The notes below the pieces were generated by a model, which had not been told where the DNA came from, did no database searches, and worked only from the letters and a program-made list of their open reading frames with translations. DNA of 64,000 nt from a virus. How positions within the stretch are numbered: the stretch's first letter is position 1; every line of letters begins with the position of its first letter. This document shows positions 38,409 to 47,088 of this stretch, in pieces. The translations under genes were made by a program, and so were the position numbers. The stretch spans positions 18,637-82,636 of IMG/VR virus record IMGVR_UViG_3300046535_001697. The stretch is one strand, 5' to 3'.

Positions 38409-38663
38409 TCAGAGCTGGTCGGGCTCCAGGGAGAAGAACACGACGTCGGCCCGCTCCAGGGCGGGGTTCTGCTTGGTGAGGGCGGCGCGGATCTCGCGGT
38501 AGGCGCCGGCTCGGCTGGCCCCGGGCCGGGTCGGGAGGGTTCCGTTGATGGTGGCGATGCTGAAGCCGCCGGCGGCCGGGTACTGGAGGGTGATCAGCCA
38601 GGAGTAGAGGACGGGCTCCTCGGAGGTGGAGGCGGAGGCGGGAGCGGTGGCGGTGGTGGTCAT
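38409..38663 (-). CDS. Hypothetical protein
   Basis: 'WLITLQ...VVFFSLEPDQL'. Confidence 0.65.
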   Translation of the reverse strand: MTTTATAPASASTSEEPVLYSWLITLQYPAAGGFSIATINGTLPTRPGASRAGAYREIRAALTKQNPALERADVVFFSLEPDQL

Positions 38664-38753
38664 TGGTCTTCTCTCTCGTGTGGTCATACCGGGCGGGGTG
38701 TCTGAGTGCCTGCGGCTGCCGCACGGCTGGGGCTGTGCGGCGCCGTCCGGCGA

Positions 38754-38921
38754 TCAGGCGCGCGGGTGGTGGAAGGGGCTCGGGTTGGTGTGCATGATCT
38801 CGTCGGCACAGTCGGCGGCCCAGGTCTGGTGCGTGTAGCAGGTCTGGCGGTCGTCGGCGTGCATGCCGGCGTCCTCTCGCTGGTTGTCGCGCTCGATCGC
38901 GGCGGCGAGCTTCTTGTCCAT
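38754..38921 (-). CDS. Small hypothetical protein (55 aa)
   Basis: Read by hand: MDKKLAAAIERD...CYTHQTWAADC...; AAGGA RBS. Confidence 0.55.
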   Translation of the reverse strand: MDKKLAAAIERDNQREDAGMHADDRQTCYTHQTWAADCADEIMHTNPSPFHHPRA

Positions 38922-39396
38922 GGGTGTCCTTCCGGGGTCAGGCGGCGGTGGGGAGGGGTTGTTCGTCGTCGCGCGGTGCGGGTGCGGGTTCGCCGTCGTC
39001 GTCGGGGTGCCAGGCGGCGGGGCGGACGGTGAAGCGGACGAGGCGGCGGGCCTGGTAGAGGCCGGCGGCGGCGGGGCGGCGGCCGGTCATTTCGCGGCGC
39101 CGCTCTGCGGCTGCGGGGCCGGCTGGGTGGGGCGGACGGCTTCGCAGGTGACGGGGCAGGGGATGGTGCCGTGGCCGTCGGGGCTGACGACGATGCCCCA
39201 GTCCTGGCACTCGTTGCAGCGGTAGGCGGGGATACCGGCGAGGGTCACTGCGGGCCTCCGAGGTGCTGGGTGACCATGTGGGCGAGCTGCGCGGCCTGGT
39301 CTCGGAGGACCGGTGCGGGCGGGACCGTCGGCGCGGGCAGCGGCGCCGGGGCGGGGGCCGGTGCGGGGGCCGGCTTGGAGGGGGTCTGCTGCGCGC

Positions 39397-39768
39397 TCAC
39401 AGGACACCGCCGGACTTGCCGTCGAGGACGGCCTGCAGGGCGGTGACGATCTCGTCGATGCGGTCAGCGGAGAGCAGCAGGGTGCCGTAGCGGCTGCCGG
39501 AGATGTTGTTGATCTGGATGAGCGCGGCGGCCGGGGTGTCGTGGTCGAGGATCTCGAACTCGGCAAGGACGGCGATGAGCCGCGCGACGGCGTCGGCCTG
39601 CGTGCCGGCCTGGGCGAGGGCCTCCTCGGCGGTGAACACCGGAAGGTCCGTCACGCTCAGGGGCTCGGCGGGCTCGGCAACGAGCAGCACCGGGGCGCCG
39701 AAGTCCGTGTTGGGCGCGCTGGGCTGCGCCTGGTGTGTGCCGGAAGCCGGCATCTCGGTACGATCCAT
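39397..39768 (-). CDS. Hypothetical protein, first gene of transfer operon
   Basis: MDRTEMPAS...; AGGAGG RBS; real 3' part of the spurious 1672-aa ORF. Confidence 0.6.
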   Translation of the reverse strand: MDRTEMPASGTHQAQPSAPNTDFGAPVLLVAEPAEPLSVTDLPVFTAEEALAQAGTQADAVARLIAVLAEFEILDHDTPAAALIQINNISGSRYGTLLLSADRIDEIVTALQAVLDGKSGGVL

Positions 39769-39905
39769 AGGGATCGGCCTCCTGGTTGTGTCAGGTGGGC
39801 TGGTCTGCGCTGGCGGGTGTTGACGCACTCGCCCAGCAAGGGCCCCGAGCTTGGTGTTGACGCACCCTCGGGGCTTCTTGCTGTTCTGCTGAGACCAACG
39901 TAGCA

Positions 39906-39961
39906 CAACTTCCTCTCGACGAACACAGCAAGTTAGTGCAGGATGTTGAGCAAGGAAGTTG
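39906..39961. promoter_or_regulatory. Inverted-repeat operator in divergent promoter region
   Basis: CAACTTCCT...AGGAAGTTG in an AT-richer gap, adjacent to -10-like TAGGAT. Confidence 0.5.
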
Positions 39962-39976
39962 GGATAGGATGTCGCC

Positions 39977-40264
39977 ATGCCCAGCACCTCTGGGAACGAA
40001 CAGCAAGCAGAAGGAAAGGAGCCCGACTTGGTCACGTTCACCGACATCCCTGACCGCCTTGAGCGGCAGGGGCTGAAGAGGATCAGTGCGTCGCGTGTGC
40101 GGCAGCTTGCCGAGACCGATCCCGACTGGCCGATCCCGCTGGAGCAGGCGCAGAAGGCCGGCCGCATCAGGCTGTTCGACTGGAACGTGCTCGAGCCGTA
40201 CTTCGTCAACCGCGTCTCGCGGCAGGGGAAGCGCACGGACCTCGACAAGCTCCGGGGCAAGTAG
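39977..40264 (+). CDS. Small DNA-binding protein (AlpA/Xis-like)
   Basis: 'LVTFTDI..RL...ISASRVRQLAETDPDWP...RLFDW'. Confidence 0.65.
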   Translation: MPSTSGNEQQAEGKEPDLVTFTDIPDRLERQGLKRISASRVRQLAETDPDWPIPLEQAQKAGRIRLFDWNVLEPYFVNRVSRQGKRTDLDKLRGK

Positions 40265-40461
40265 TCTCCCCAGAACGCGCAAACGGCCGACGGGGGTGGA
40301 GCCCCGGCCGGCCGTCCAAGCGCAACAGCGAGATCGCACTCGCTGTCAGATGAGACCCCCCATGCAGCAGGAAGGTGCTCGAAGGTGACTGTACCCACGA
40401 GGGTAGGGCAGCCCAACCCGTACCGACACAGCTCACAGCGAGTGGCGGTCGGTGATTCCAC

Positions 40462-41697
40462 GTGAGCGCGGCACACATGGGCATGGTGTTCGCAGCTGAG
40501 GGCCTGGACGGCACCGAGAAGCTGCTGCTGCTCGGCTACACAAACTACACGGACCCGCACGGCTACTGCTGGCCCAGCGAGGAGCGGCTGGCGGACGACT
40601 GCGGCACGTCGCGCAGCACGGTCCAGCGCGGGAAGCGGAAGCTCACCGCCAGGAATCTGATCAAGGGCGTTCGGCGGTTCAACCCCGCCACCGAGGAACC
40701 GACGTCGAACCTGACTCGGGTCAACCTGCCGCTGCTCGCCTCGATGGCCCGGAAGCGCACCCAGTACAACGACGACCTGATCAACGCCATCAGCTTCGAG
40801 GACGACACCCAGGGCGACCCGTTCAGCAGCCTCGGCGGAACCCCAGACGACCCCGAACCTACTGCTGACCTGCTGATGATTCGATCTGACTCCTACCCTG
40901 AGCCAAATCGACTCGCACCCCGGGTCAATGTGACTCACGGGCTGGGTCAGGATGACTCTCAATCCACCAGTGATCCCGTATGTATCCCTGAAGAGATCCC
41001 GACGCCTGTCCCGGACGCCCGTAGGGCAGGTACAGGTAGTAGCGCGCGCGAGGCTGGCGGCTCCGCCGCGTCCGGCAAGAAGCAGCGATTCACGTCTGGG
41101 GAGGGGAAGCAGGCTGCCGAGTTCGTCCGCTGCTTGCCGCCTTACCTTCGACGGCACGTGCCGTCGAAGCGGCCCCGCAACTTCACTGCAGCCGTCATTG
41201 CTGCACTCGCTGCCGAACAGCCGCACGAGCGCACCCCGGAGCAGCTGGTGCGGTTCCGGGTGCTGGCGAAGTGGGACAAACACTGGGGTGCCGAGTTCGG
41301 AGCCGGCCGAGTCCGGCAACCCGTCGGCGCGATCATCAAGATGCTCGAGCGATCCGCCGAGTGCGGTGACCCGCGGTGCGATGAGCGAATCAACGTCGAC
41401 ACGGGGCAGCCGTGCGGCAGCTGCGGGGAGCGAGTCGCGGACGAGAAGCAGGACCGGAAGGCTGCGGCCGCCGCCAGGGTCGCCGAGGAGCACGGCGCCA
41501 GCGACGTCGACTACTACCCGGAGATGCCGGAGCCCGGCGGAGGCGAGCCGCCGGAGTGGGCCGACGTCCCGAAGCAGCGGACGACCGAACCAGCGCCGCC
41601 AACCCATCCCATGCGGACCTGCGACGGCTGCGACAAGGCCTACCGCGGCCCGGCCGGCCTGTGCGGCATCTGCATCAACGAAGCCCAGTACGCCTGA
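40462..41697 (+). CDS. Replication initiator (N-terminal wHTH, lambda O/replisome-organiser-like)
   Basis: 'EKLLLL...GYCWPSEERLADDCGTSRSTVQR...L...NLI'; internal iterons; Cys clusters. Confidence 0.8.
   Translation: MSAAHMGMVFAAEGLDGTEKLLLLGYTNYTDPHGYCWPSEERLADDCGTSRSTVQRGKRKLTARNLIKGVRRFNPATEEPTSNLTRVNLPLLASMARKRTQYNDDLINAISFEDDTQGDPFSSLGGTPDDPEPTADLLMIRSDSYPEPNRLAPRVNVTHGLGQDDSQSTSDPVCIPEEIPTPVPDARRAGTGSSAREAGGSAASGKKQRFTSGEGKQAAEFVRCLPPYLRRHVPSKRPRNFTAAVIAALAAEQPHERTPEQLVRFRVLAKWDKHWGAEFGAGRVRQPVGAIIKMLERSAECGDPRCDERINVDTGQPCGSCGERVADEKQDRKAAAAARVAEEHGASDVDYYPEMPEPGGGEPPEWADVPKQRTTEPAPPTHPMRTCDGCDKAYRGPAGLCGICINEAQYA
40877..40964. repeat. Four 22-bp iterons (putative origin)
   Basis: GACTC at 40888, 40910, 40932, 40954 (exact 22-bp period). 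Confidence 0.7.
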
Positions 41698-41712
41698 CCC
41701 AAGGGGGACCCG

Positions 41713-42075
41713 ATGTCTCTGCGCCACCGCCTTGTACCTGTGTTCAGCCTGGGCCGTCAGGCCCTGCGTGCCGCCGCCGGGCACTTCGACATCCCTGCCG
41801 ACCGCACGGAACTGTGGATGGAAAGCGCCCGTGCCACGGCGGATGCCTTTCGGGCTGCCACCACAAGCACGCCCGCGACGCCGGCGGAGGCGCCTTCGCC
41901 GCCGCCGACGCGGGTTGAACTTGCCAAGCAGCGGCAGCGTCTCCTGGCCGAGTGCCGGCTGACCTACGGTGAGCTCCGTGACCGGGCCGCTGCCTACACG
42001 CTCAGCCCGGACGAGCTCGACATCTGGCACACCATCGAAGGCATCGACTTCCTCCTCGCAGGCACCGGCGGCTGA
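41713..42075 (+). CDS. Hypothetical protein
   Basis: 120 aa, AAGGGG RBS. Confidence 0.55.
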   Translation: MSLRHRLVPVFSLGRQALRAAAGHFDIPADRTELWMESARATADAFRAATTSTPATPAEAPSPPPTRVELAKQRQRLLAECRLTYGELRDRAAAYTLSPDELDIWHTIEGIDFLLAGTGG

Positions 42076-42210
42076 CACCAACCGGGCCGCGGTCCGGGGC
42101 GCGCGGACCGCGGCCTGCGTCATCGGCTCTGACGACGGCGCCACAACCTTCCAATTCCCGTTTCCGGGATTGCTCCCGCAAGCGGCAAATGCGGCAGTAG
42201 GGTCGGCGCT

Positions 42211-42642
42211 ATGACCGAACCCACCGCCCTTCGCCACCTCACCGAGAACTTCGCGCTCTGGCTCGCCGACTCCATGCGCGTCGCCGACCTCGACATCGAC
42301 CGGCAACGCGGTGGCGGCCGAACAACGCTCGCCAAGGCCGTCGGCGTCGCACCCAGCACCGTAGCCCGCTGGCTCGACGGCCTCGCCCTGCCCAGCCCCG
42401 AACACCTCCAGGGCATCGCCGACGCCGTCGGCGTCAACCCCATCGAGATGCTCATCACCAGCGGCATCCTGCGCATCGACCGGCGCGACGTCGCACTCAC
42501 ACCAAACCGCAGCAGCGACGAACCCGAGACCGCCGCGCGCGCCGCCCTCCAGGAAGCCGCCACCGTCCTCGGCATCCCTTCCACACGGACCAACCTGTGG
42601 ATCCAAACCGTGAAAGCCACCGCGGAACCCTTCCGCGCCTGA
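42211..42642 (+). CDS. XRE-family repressor
   Basis: 'TLAKAVGVAPSTVARWLDGLALPS...IADAVGV'. Confidence 0.85.
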   Translation: MTEPTALRHLTENFALWLADSMRVADLDIDRQRGGGRTTLAKAVGVAPSTVARWLDGLALPSPEHLQGIADAVGVNPIEMLITSGILRIDRRDVALTPNRSSDEPETAARAALQEAATVLGIPSTRTNLWIQTVKATAEPFRA

Positions 42643-42662
42643 CCCGGCCGGCGCCGCAGCGG

Positions 42663-43100
42663 CTACTCGGCGGCGCCAAGCTCCCGCAGTCGCGCTTCCA
42701 GTACCGACGACTCCGTGAGCGTCTGTTCCAGCTCGGATGCCGACGTGCGCAGCAGGGCGGCGTCCGAGCTTTCCGCACCGGCTTTGCAGTCCCGGGCCGC
42801 CTGCCCGAACAGTTCGAGCATCCGGGCCCAGTGCTGCTGCGCGGTGGTGTCGGGAATCGGCGGGTAGGCCTTCGCTGCTTGCGCGTGTTCCACGCCGGAG
42901 GTGCAGGCTTTGGCGTCCGTTTCCAGATCGGTGGCGTTGCCCATGGCCCGCGCATCCTCGGTCAGGGCTGTGATGTGTGTCCGGCCGCCTTGGCTGTACC
43001 AGTCGGTGAACGACTGGCCGTTCGAGGAGCACCCGGTGGCGGTCAGCGCGGCAGCGGCGATGAGCAGTGCGGCGGCGGCGCGGTAGGGGTTGGTGGGCAT
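42663..43100 (-). CDS. Lipoprotein
   Basis: Signal peptide with lipobox LTATG-C; GGGAG RBS. Confidence 0.75.
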   Translation of the reverse strand: MPTNPYRAAAALLIAAAALTATGCSSNGQSFTDWYSQGGRTHITALTEDARAMGNATDLETDAKACTSGVEHAQAAKAYPPIPDTTAQQHWARMLELFGQAARDCKAGAESSDAALLRTSASELEQTLTESSVLEARLRELGAAE

Positions 43101-43276
43101 GGGTGTGGCTCCCGTGGTCGGTGCTGGGTGCCGAACACGCTCCCAGCCCTGCGACGCTGCTGTGAGGGGGTTGCCGAACCGTGATTGCAGTGATCTGCGC
43201 CAGGATGCATCGATCTGCACTGTGCTGCAGAGAACTGCACTTGCCCCGCATCAAAAAGTGATGCACGATGTGAGGC

Positions 43277-43591
43277 ATGAGCACTCTCACTGGCAAGGCC
43301 GTCGCGCGCAAAACCGTGCCCGTCACAGCCGAGGACACCCAAGCCGTGGAGCGCCTGCGCGAGCCCGCCAGCGCGTACCGCACCGCTCTCGCCGAAATCC
43401 TCGGCGTGGAACTCTCCGCCGACCCCTCCGAGGCCGAGGTCCTCCAGGCCCTCATCGAGGCAGGACGCATCGCAGTGGAACAGAAGGTCATGGTCGGCGG
43501 GTACGCTGCCCTCGCCGCAGCCCGGGACGACGAAGACCGTGCGTACGCCCGAGCCATGCGCGGCCGCCGACGGGGATCCAGCGAAGACTGA
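43277..43591 (+). CDS. Putative antitoxin
   Basis: 104 aa directly upstream of MazF-like gene. Confidence 0.6.
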   Translation: MSTLTGKAVARKTVPVTAEDTQAVERLREPASAYRTALAEILGVELSADPSEAEVLQALIEAGRIAVEQKVMVGGYAALAAARDDEDRAYARAMRGRRRGSSED

Positions 43592-43599
43592 GGAGCAGA

Positions 43600-43920
43600 G
43601 TGCCCGAAATCGTCCCGGTACGTGGCGTCGTCTACAGAGCCGACGCAGGCTTCGGCCTCAAACCGTTCCTGGTGGTGTCGAACAACGCCCGGAACCAGAA
43701 GCTCGACGATTGCCTGGCCGTCCGGATCACCACCTCGGACAAGCCCGAGCTGGCCAGCATCATCAAGCTCGGTCCCGCGGACGGCCCCCTGGTCGGCTCG
43801 GTCCTGTGCGACGACGTCCTGCCGTTGTTCCGCGACGAGCTCCGGGAGAACCTCGGCGCCCTGAGCCCCGGCACGATGATGAAGGTCGCGGCCGGCCTGC
43901 GCGCAGCGCTCGCCCTGTAG
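43600..43920 (+). CDS. mazF: PemK/MazF-family toxin
   Basis: 'RGVVY...KPFLVVSNNARN...AVRITTS'; GAGGAG RBS, GTG start. Confidence 0.88.
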   Translation: MPEIVPVRGVVYRADAGFGLKPFLVVSNNARNQKLDDCLAVRITTSDKPELASIIKLGPADGPLVGSVLCDDVLPLFRDELRENLGALSPGTMMKVAAGLRAALAL

Positions 43921-43941
43921 CCACCGCCATCCCCTTCCGGG

Positions 43942-43970
43942 AATGCCCCCACCCGCCCGGTGGGGGCATT
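43942..43970 (+). terminator. Hairpin after mazF
   Basis: AATGCCCCCACC-CGCCC-GGTGGGGGCATT. Confidence 0.6.
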
Positions 43971-44016
43971 GCGCATTCCGCAGCAGGTGACAGTGCCGCG
44001 CGGCAGGATGTCCGGC

Positions 44017-44406
44017 ATGGACCTGAACCGTGACCCCCAGACGATCGCCGCCGCTGCTGCGGAGGAGATCCGCGCCCTGAACCACAAGACGTTGACGCCC
44101 GGCGGGAGCTTCACCTATCCCAGCAACATCTACGACACCGTCGGTTCCCTCGAGACGATGGTCGAGCGGCTGCCGCAGGCCCTCGACCAGATCGGCCGGG
44201 CCCTCGCCAAGTTCAACGCCGACGGGGTGATCCGCATGGACGACGGCAGCGACCCGGGCGAGGCGGTCGCCGCGGTGACGCGGGCCCTCGAGTCGGGGAA
44301 GTCCGTCGCCGAGGCCCTGGGCACCATCCTGCAGGTCGCGGTCCAGCCGCTCGGCAAGATGTGGTTCCAGGCCCCTCCCGGGCACGACGACGCCGACGAC
44401 GAGTAG
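44017..44406 (+). CDS. Hypothetical helical protein
   Basis: 'AAEEIRALNHKT...RLPQALDQI'. Confidence 0.65.
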   Translation: MDLNRDPQTIAAAAAEEIRALNHKTLTPGGSFTYPSNIYDTVGSLETMVERLPQALDQIGRALAKFNADGVIRMDDGSDPGEAVAAVTRALESGKSVAEALGTILQVAVQPLGKMWFQAPPGHDDADDE

Positions 44407-44411
44407 CTCCG

Positions 44412-44849
44412 TCACGACGCCTCCCCCACCACCGGACGGCGGCGGCGCAGCGGCAGTATGACGGCACCCCGGTGGCCGTGTGCGGCGGTTTCGGGGCCGG
44501 GTGCGGGTGTCGGGGCGCCAGCGGCCTGTGCGGCGTGCTGAAGGGCTGTCAGCGCCGCCCGGCCCGGGGTGTCGACGCCGTCACCAGGGTTGGTGAGGTA
44601 GGCGTCCAGTCCGGTGCGGGCGGTCTCGAGGTCCACGCCCGCGGCGACCAGGCACTCCCACACCGTGGTCCCGGCCGGCACCCCGGTGGCGGGCTGGCCC
44701 GTGGTCTCGTGGCCGGTGGCCGCCGGGGTCACGTCCGGTACCGGGAGGCGCGCCACGCCGGACCCTGACCGCTCCACGGACTCGAGGCCCCCACCGGCAC
44801 CACCACGGCTGCTCGGCCACATCAGGGCCACCTCCAGACGACACGCCAC
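44412..44849 (-). CDS. Small protein with GTTVWECLVAAG motif (start uncertain)
   Basis: Divergent from XRE gene at 45063; motif shared with 26013-26252. Confidence 0.5.
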   Translation of the reverse strand: MACRLEVALMWPSSRGGAGGGLESVERSGSGVARLPVPDVTPAATGHETTGQPATGVPAGTTVWECLVAAGVDLETARTGLDAYLTNPGDGVDTPGRAALTALQHAAQAAGAPTPAPGPETAAHGHRGAVILPLRRRRPVVGEAS

Positions 44850-45062
44850 CCAACTTGCGAGTCACCAGAGTGATCGTCAGAACCGTGCCGCAGGTTCACG
44901 GTTCGTGAACCCCAAACCCGTGCACACCACCATCAACCGGCATCAACCGGCCCCGGCCGTGCACCACCGTGCGCGCCCCACCGCGAGATACCCGTACCCC
45001 CGCACGCCCCCACACGCCTACCCTGGGCACCACTGCCGACAAGGACACCCTGGGGGACCGTC

Positions 45063-46259
45063 ATGCCCGTGCACCCTGCCGACGACCACATCGGCCGCCA
45101 CATCGCCCAGCAGCGCAAACTCGCAGGCCTCACCCAGACCCAGCTCGCCACCCAGACCGGCTACTCCCTCAGCCTCATCAAACAGGTCGAAACCGGCGCC
45201 AAGCCCGCCACCCCCGCCCTCGTCGCCACGATCGCCCGCGGCCTGCACATCCACCAGGGCCTCCTCACCGGCCAGCCCGACCACACCCTGCTGCGCGCCG
45301 ACGCCCTCGACCGCACCATCTCGGCAATCCGCGACGCCCTCGACCTCTTCGACCTCGGGGCCGACGACACCGTGTCCCGGCCCCGCCCGGCGAACGTCCT
45401 CCACGTCATCGCCGAGGACCAGTGCCGACACGTGCGGGCCGGCCACATCCGGCAGGTCGCCGACATCCTCCCCGCCCTCATCGAGGAAGCCACCGCCGCC
45501 GCCTACCTCGCACCGACCGGCCACACCGCGGAATGGGCGACCCTCGGCTCCGTCTACCGAACCGCGTACGACGTCGCCACGAAGCTCGGCCACCAGGACC
45601 TCGCCGCGATCGCCCTCGACCGCATGGCCTGGGCCGGCGAGAAGGCCTCTGACCCCACCTTGGCCGCCCTTCGCATGTACATGAGGAGCCTCGTCCAGCT
45701 CCGAAGCGGCCGCTACGCCACCGGACAGCGCCTCGTCGACGCCGGCCAGGCCCTCCTCCAGCAGACCGACAACCTGCTCGAGCGCACCGCCCTCACCGGG
45801 CAGCTCCACCTCGGCTCCGCCGTCCTCGCCGCCCGGGCGGGCAACCGCGACGAGGCCCTCGACCACCTCGACCAGGCCGACCGGGCCGCCGCCGTCACCG
45901 GCGAGGTCCCCCGCCTGCGCTGGGTGTCCTTCGGCCCGACCAACGCAGCCGCGCACCGCGTCGCCGCCCTCGCCGAACTCCACGACTACACCGGCGCCGT
46001 CCAGGCCGCCGACGCGCTCGCCGTCCCCGCCGACTGGCCCGCGTCCCGCGCCGCCCGCCACCACGTCGAGGTCGCCAACGCCCGCCTGTGGTCCGGCGAC
46101 AAGGACGGCTCCCTCCGCGACCTGCAGACGGCCCGCCAGCTCGCACCCCAGCAGGTCCGCTACGACGTCACCGTCCGCGAGACCGTGTCCGCCCTCGTCC
46201 GGGCGCAGCGCTCCACCCCCGGCACCCTGCAGCACATGGCGGCCTGGGTCGGCGTCTGA
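45063..46259 (+). CDS. XRE HTH plus TPR-like regulator
   Basis: 'RKLAGLTQTQLA...SLIKQVETG', helical repeats, 'FGPTN', 'APQQVRY'. Confidence 0.88.
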   Translation: MPVHPADDHIGRHIAQQRKLAGLTQTQLATQTGYSLSLIKQVETGAKPATPALVATIARGLHIHQGLLTGQPDHTLLRADALDRTISAIRDALDLFDLGADDTVSRPRPANVLHVIAEDQCRHVRAGHIRQVADILPALIEEATAAAYLAPTGHTAEWATLGSVYRTAYDVATKLGHQDLAAIALDRMAWAGEKASDPTLAALRMYMRSLVQLRSGRYATGQRLVDAGQALLQQTDNLLERTALTGQLHLGSAVLAARAGNRDEALDHLDQADRAAAVTGEVPRLRWVSFGPTNAAAHRVAALAELHDYTGAVQAADALAVPADWPASRAARHHVEVANARLWSGDKDGSLRDLQTARQLAPQQVRYDVTVRETVSALVRAQRSTPGTLQHMAAWVGV

Positions 46260-46390
46260 CGGCCAGCCGAAAGGCCGGCGGCCCGCCGGTCTGTTCAGCC
46301 CCGGGCGCCGCACTTCCCCGAACACGGCGCCCGGCCGCGCAGTCGCGGATATACATCCAGGAGAGCCCGAACGAGGAAGGGGCACCCGCC

Positions 46391-46828
46391 ATGAGCACCA
46401 CCACGCCCGAGCTGGCTGCGATCTGCCAGACCTGCCACAAGCCCATCGCCGCCGGCGAAGGCAGCATCTGGATCAAGAAAACCGACCTGAACGCCACCGA
46501 ACAGGCCGCCAGGGAGTGGGAGGAGCGGCAGGAGGAGCGGACCCGGCAGAACAACGGCATGCCCGTCTACAGTGCCCTCGACCTCTCCGAGTACCCCGAC
46601 GAAGCACACTGGCGGGTCAGCCACCACGCGTGCTCCGACACCAGCACCGCCATGTACTCCTTCGAGGTCCAGCGTTGCAGCACCTGGGCCGAGCTCGTGC
46701 ACTGGACCGCCCACCTCATGGAGAAGGACTGGCTGCGGCACACCGACTGGAGCGACATGCTCCGCGAGACCAGCGACGGCTCCGGCAGCCGCCTGCGCCC
46801 GGCCGTCAAACCGGTCATCCACCCGTAG
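46391..46828 (+). CDS. Hypothetical Zn-binding protein
   Basis: 'CQTCHKPI...HHAC...WTAHLMEKDW'; AAGGGG RBS. Confidence 0.65.
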   Translation: MSTTTPELAAICQTCHKPIAAGEGSIWIKKTDLNATEQAAREWEERQEERTRQNNGMPVYSALDLSEYPDEAHWRVSHHACSDTSTAMYSFEVQRCSTWAELVHWTAHLMEKDWLRHTDWSDMLRETSDGSGSRLRPAVKPVIHP

Positions 46829-46885
46829 CCGGCCCGGCCCGGCCGGCCCCTGTCCACGGGCGCCGGCCGGGCGTAGCGTGCCCGT

Positions 46886-47041
46886 ATGACCGACCCCCAG
46901 CAGCCTGCCCCCGACACCACCGGGTGGGAGATCACCGACAGCGGCTACGGCGGCGACGTCCGACGCATCACCATCCGAGCCGCACCGCCGCGGCCGCGGC
47001 TGCGCCTGGTCCGGCCCGACGACGGGGAGCAGCCCGGGTAG
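46886..47041 (+). CDS. Small ORF (51 aa), possibly leaderless
   Basis: Read by hand: MTDPQQPAPDTTGWEITDSGYGG...RLRLVRP...; TAGCGT shortly upstream of the ATG. Confidence 0.4.
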   Translation: MTDPQQPAPDTTGWEITDSGYGGDVRRITIRAAPPRPRLRLVRPDDGEQPG

Positions 47042-47088
47042 ACGGCCCGGGTGCGGAGCTTCCGGAAACCCGGGGCGCCAACCGGTGC

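Noticed and set aside
39397-44415. 1672-aa minus-strand ORF
   Set aside because: Antisense shadow of real plus-strand genes in high-GC DNA; only the last ~123 codons have an RBS and protein-like composition.
44931-44950. CATCAACCGG tandem duplication upstream of XRE-TPR gene
   Set aside because: Only two copies; could be an operator but there is no independent support.
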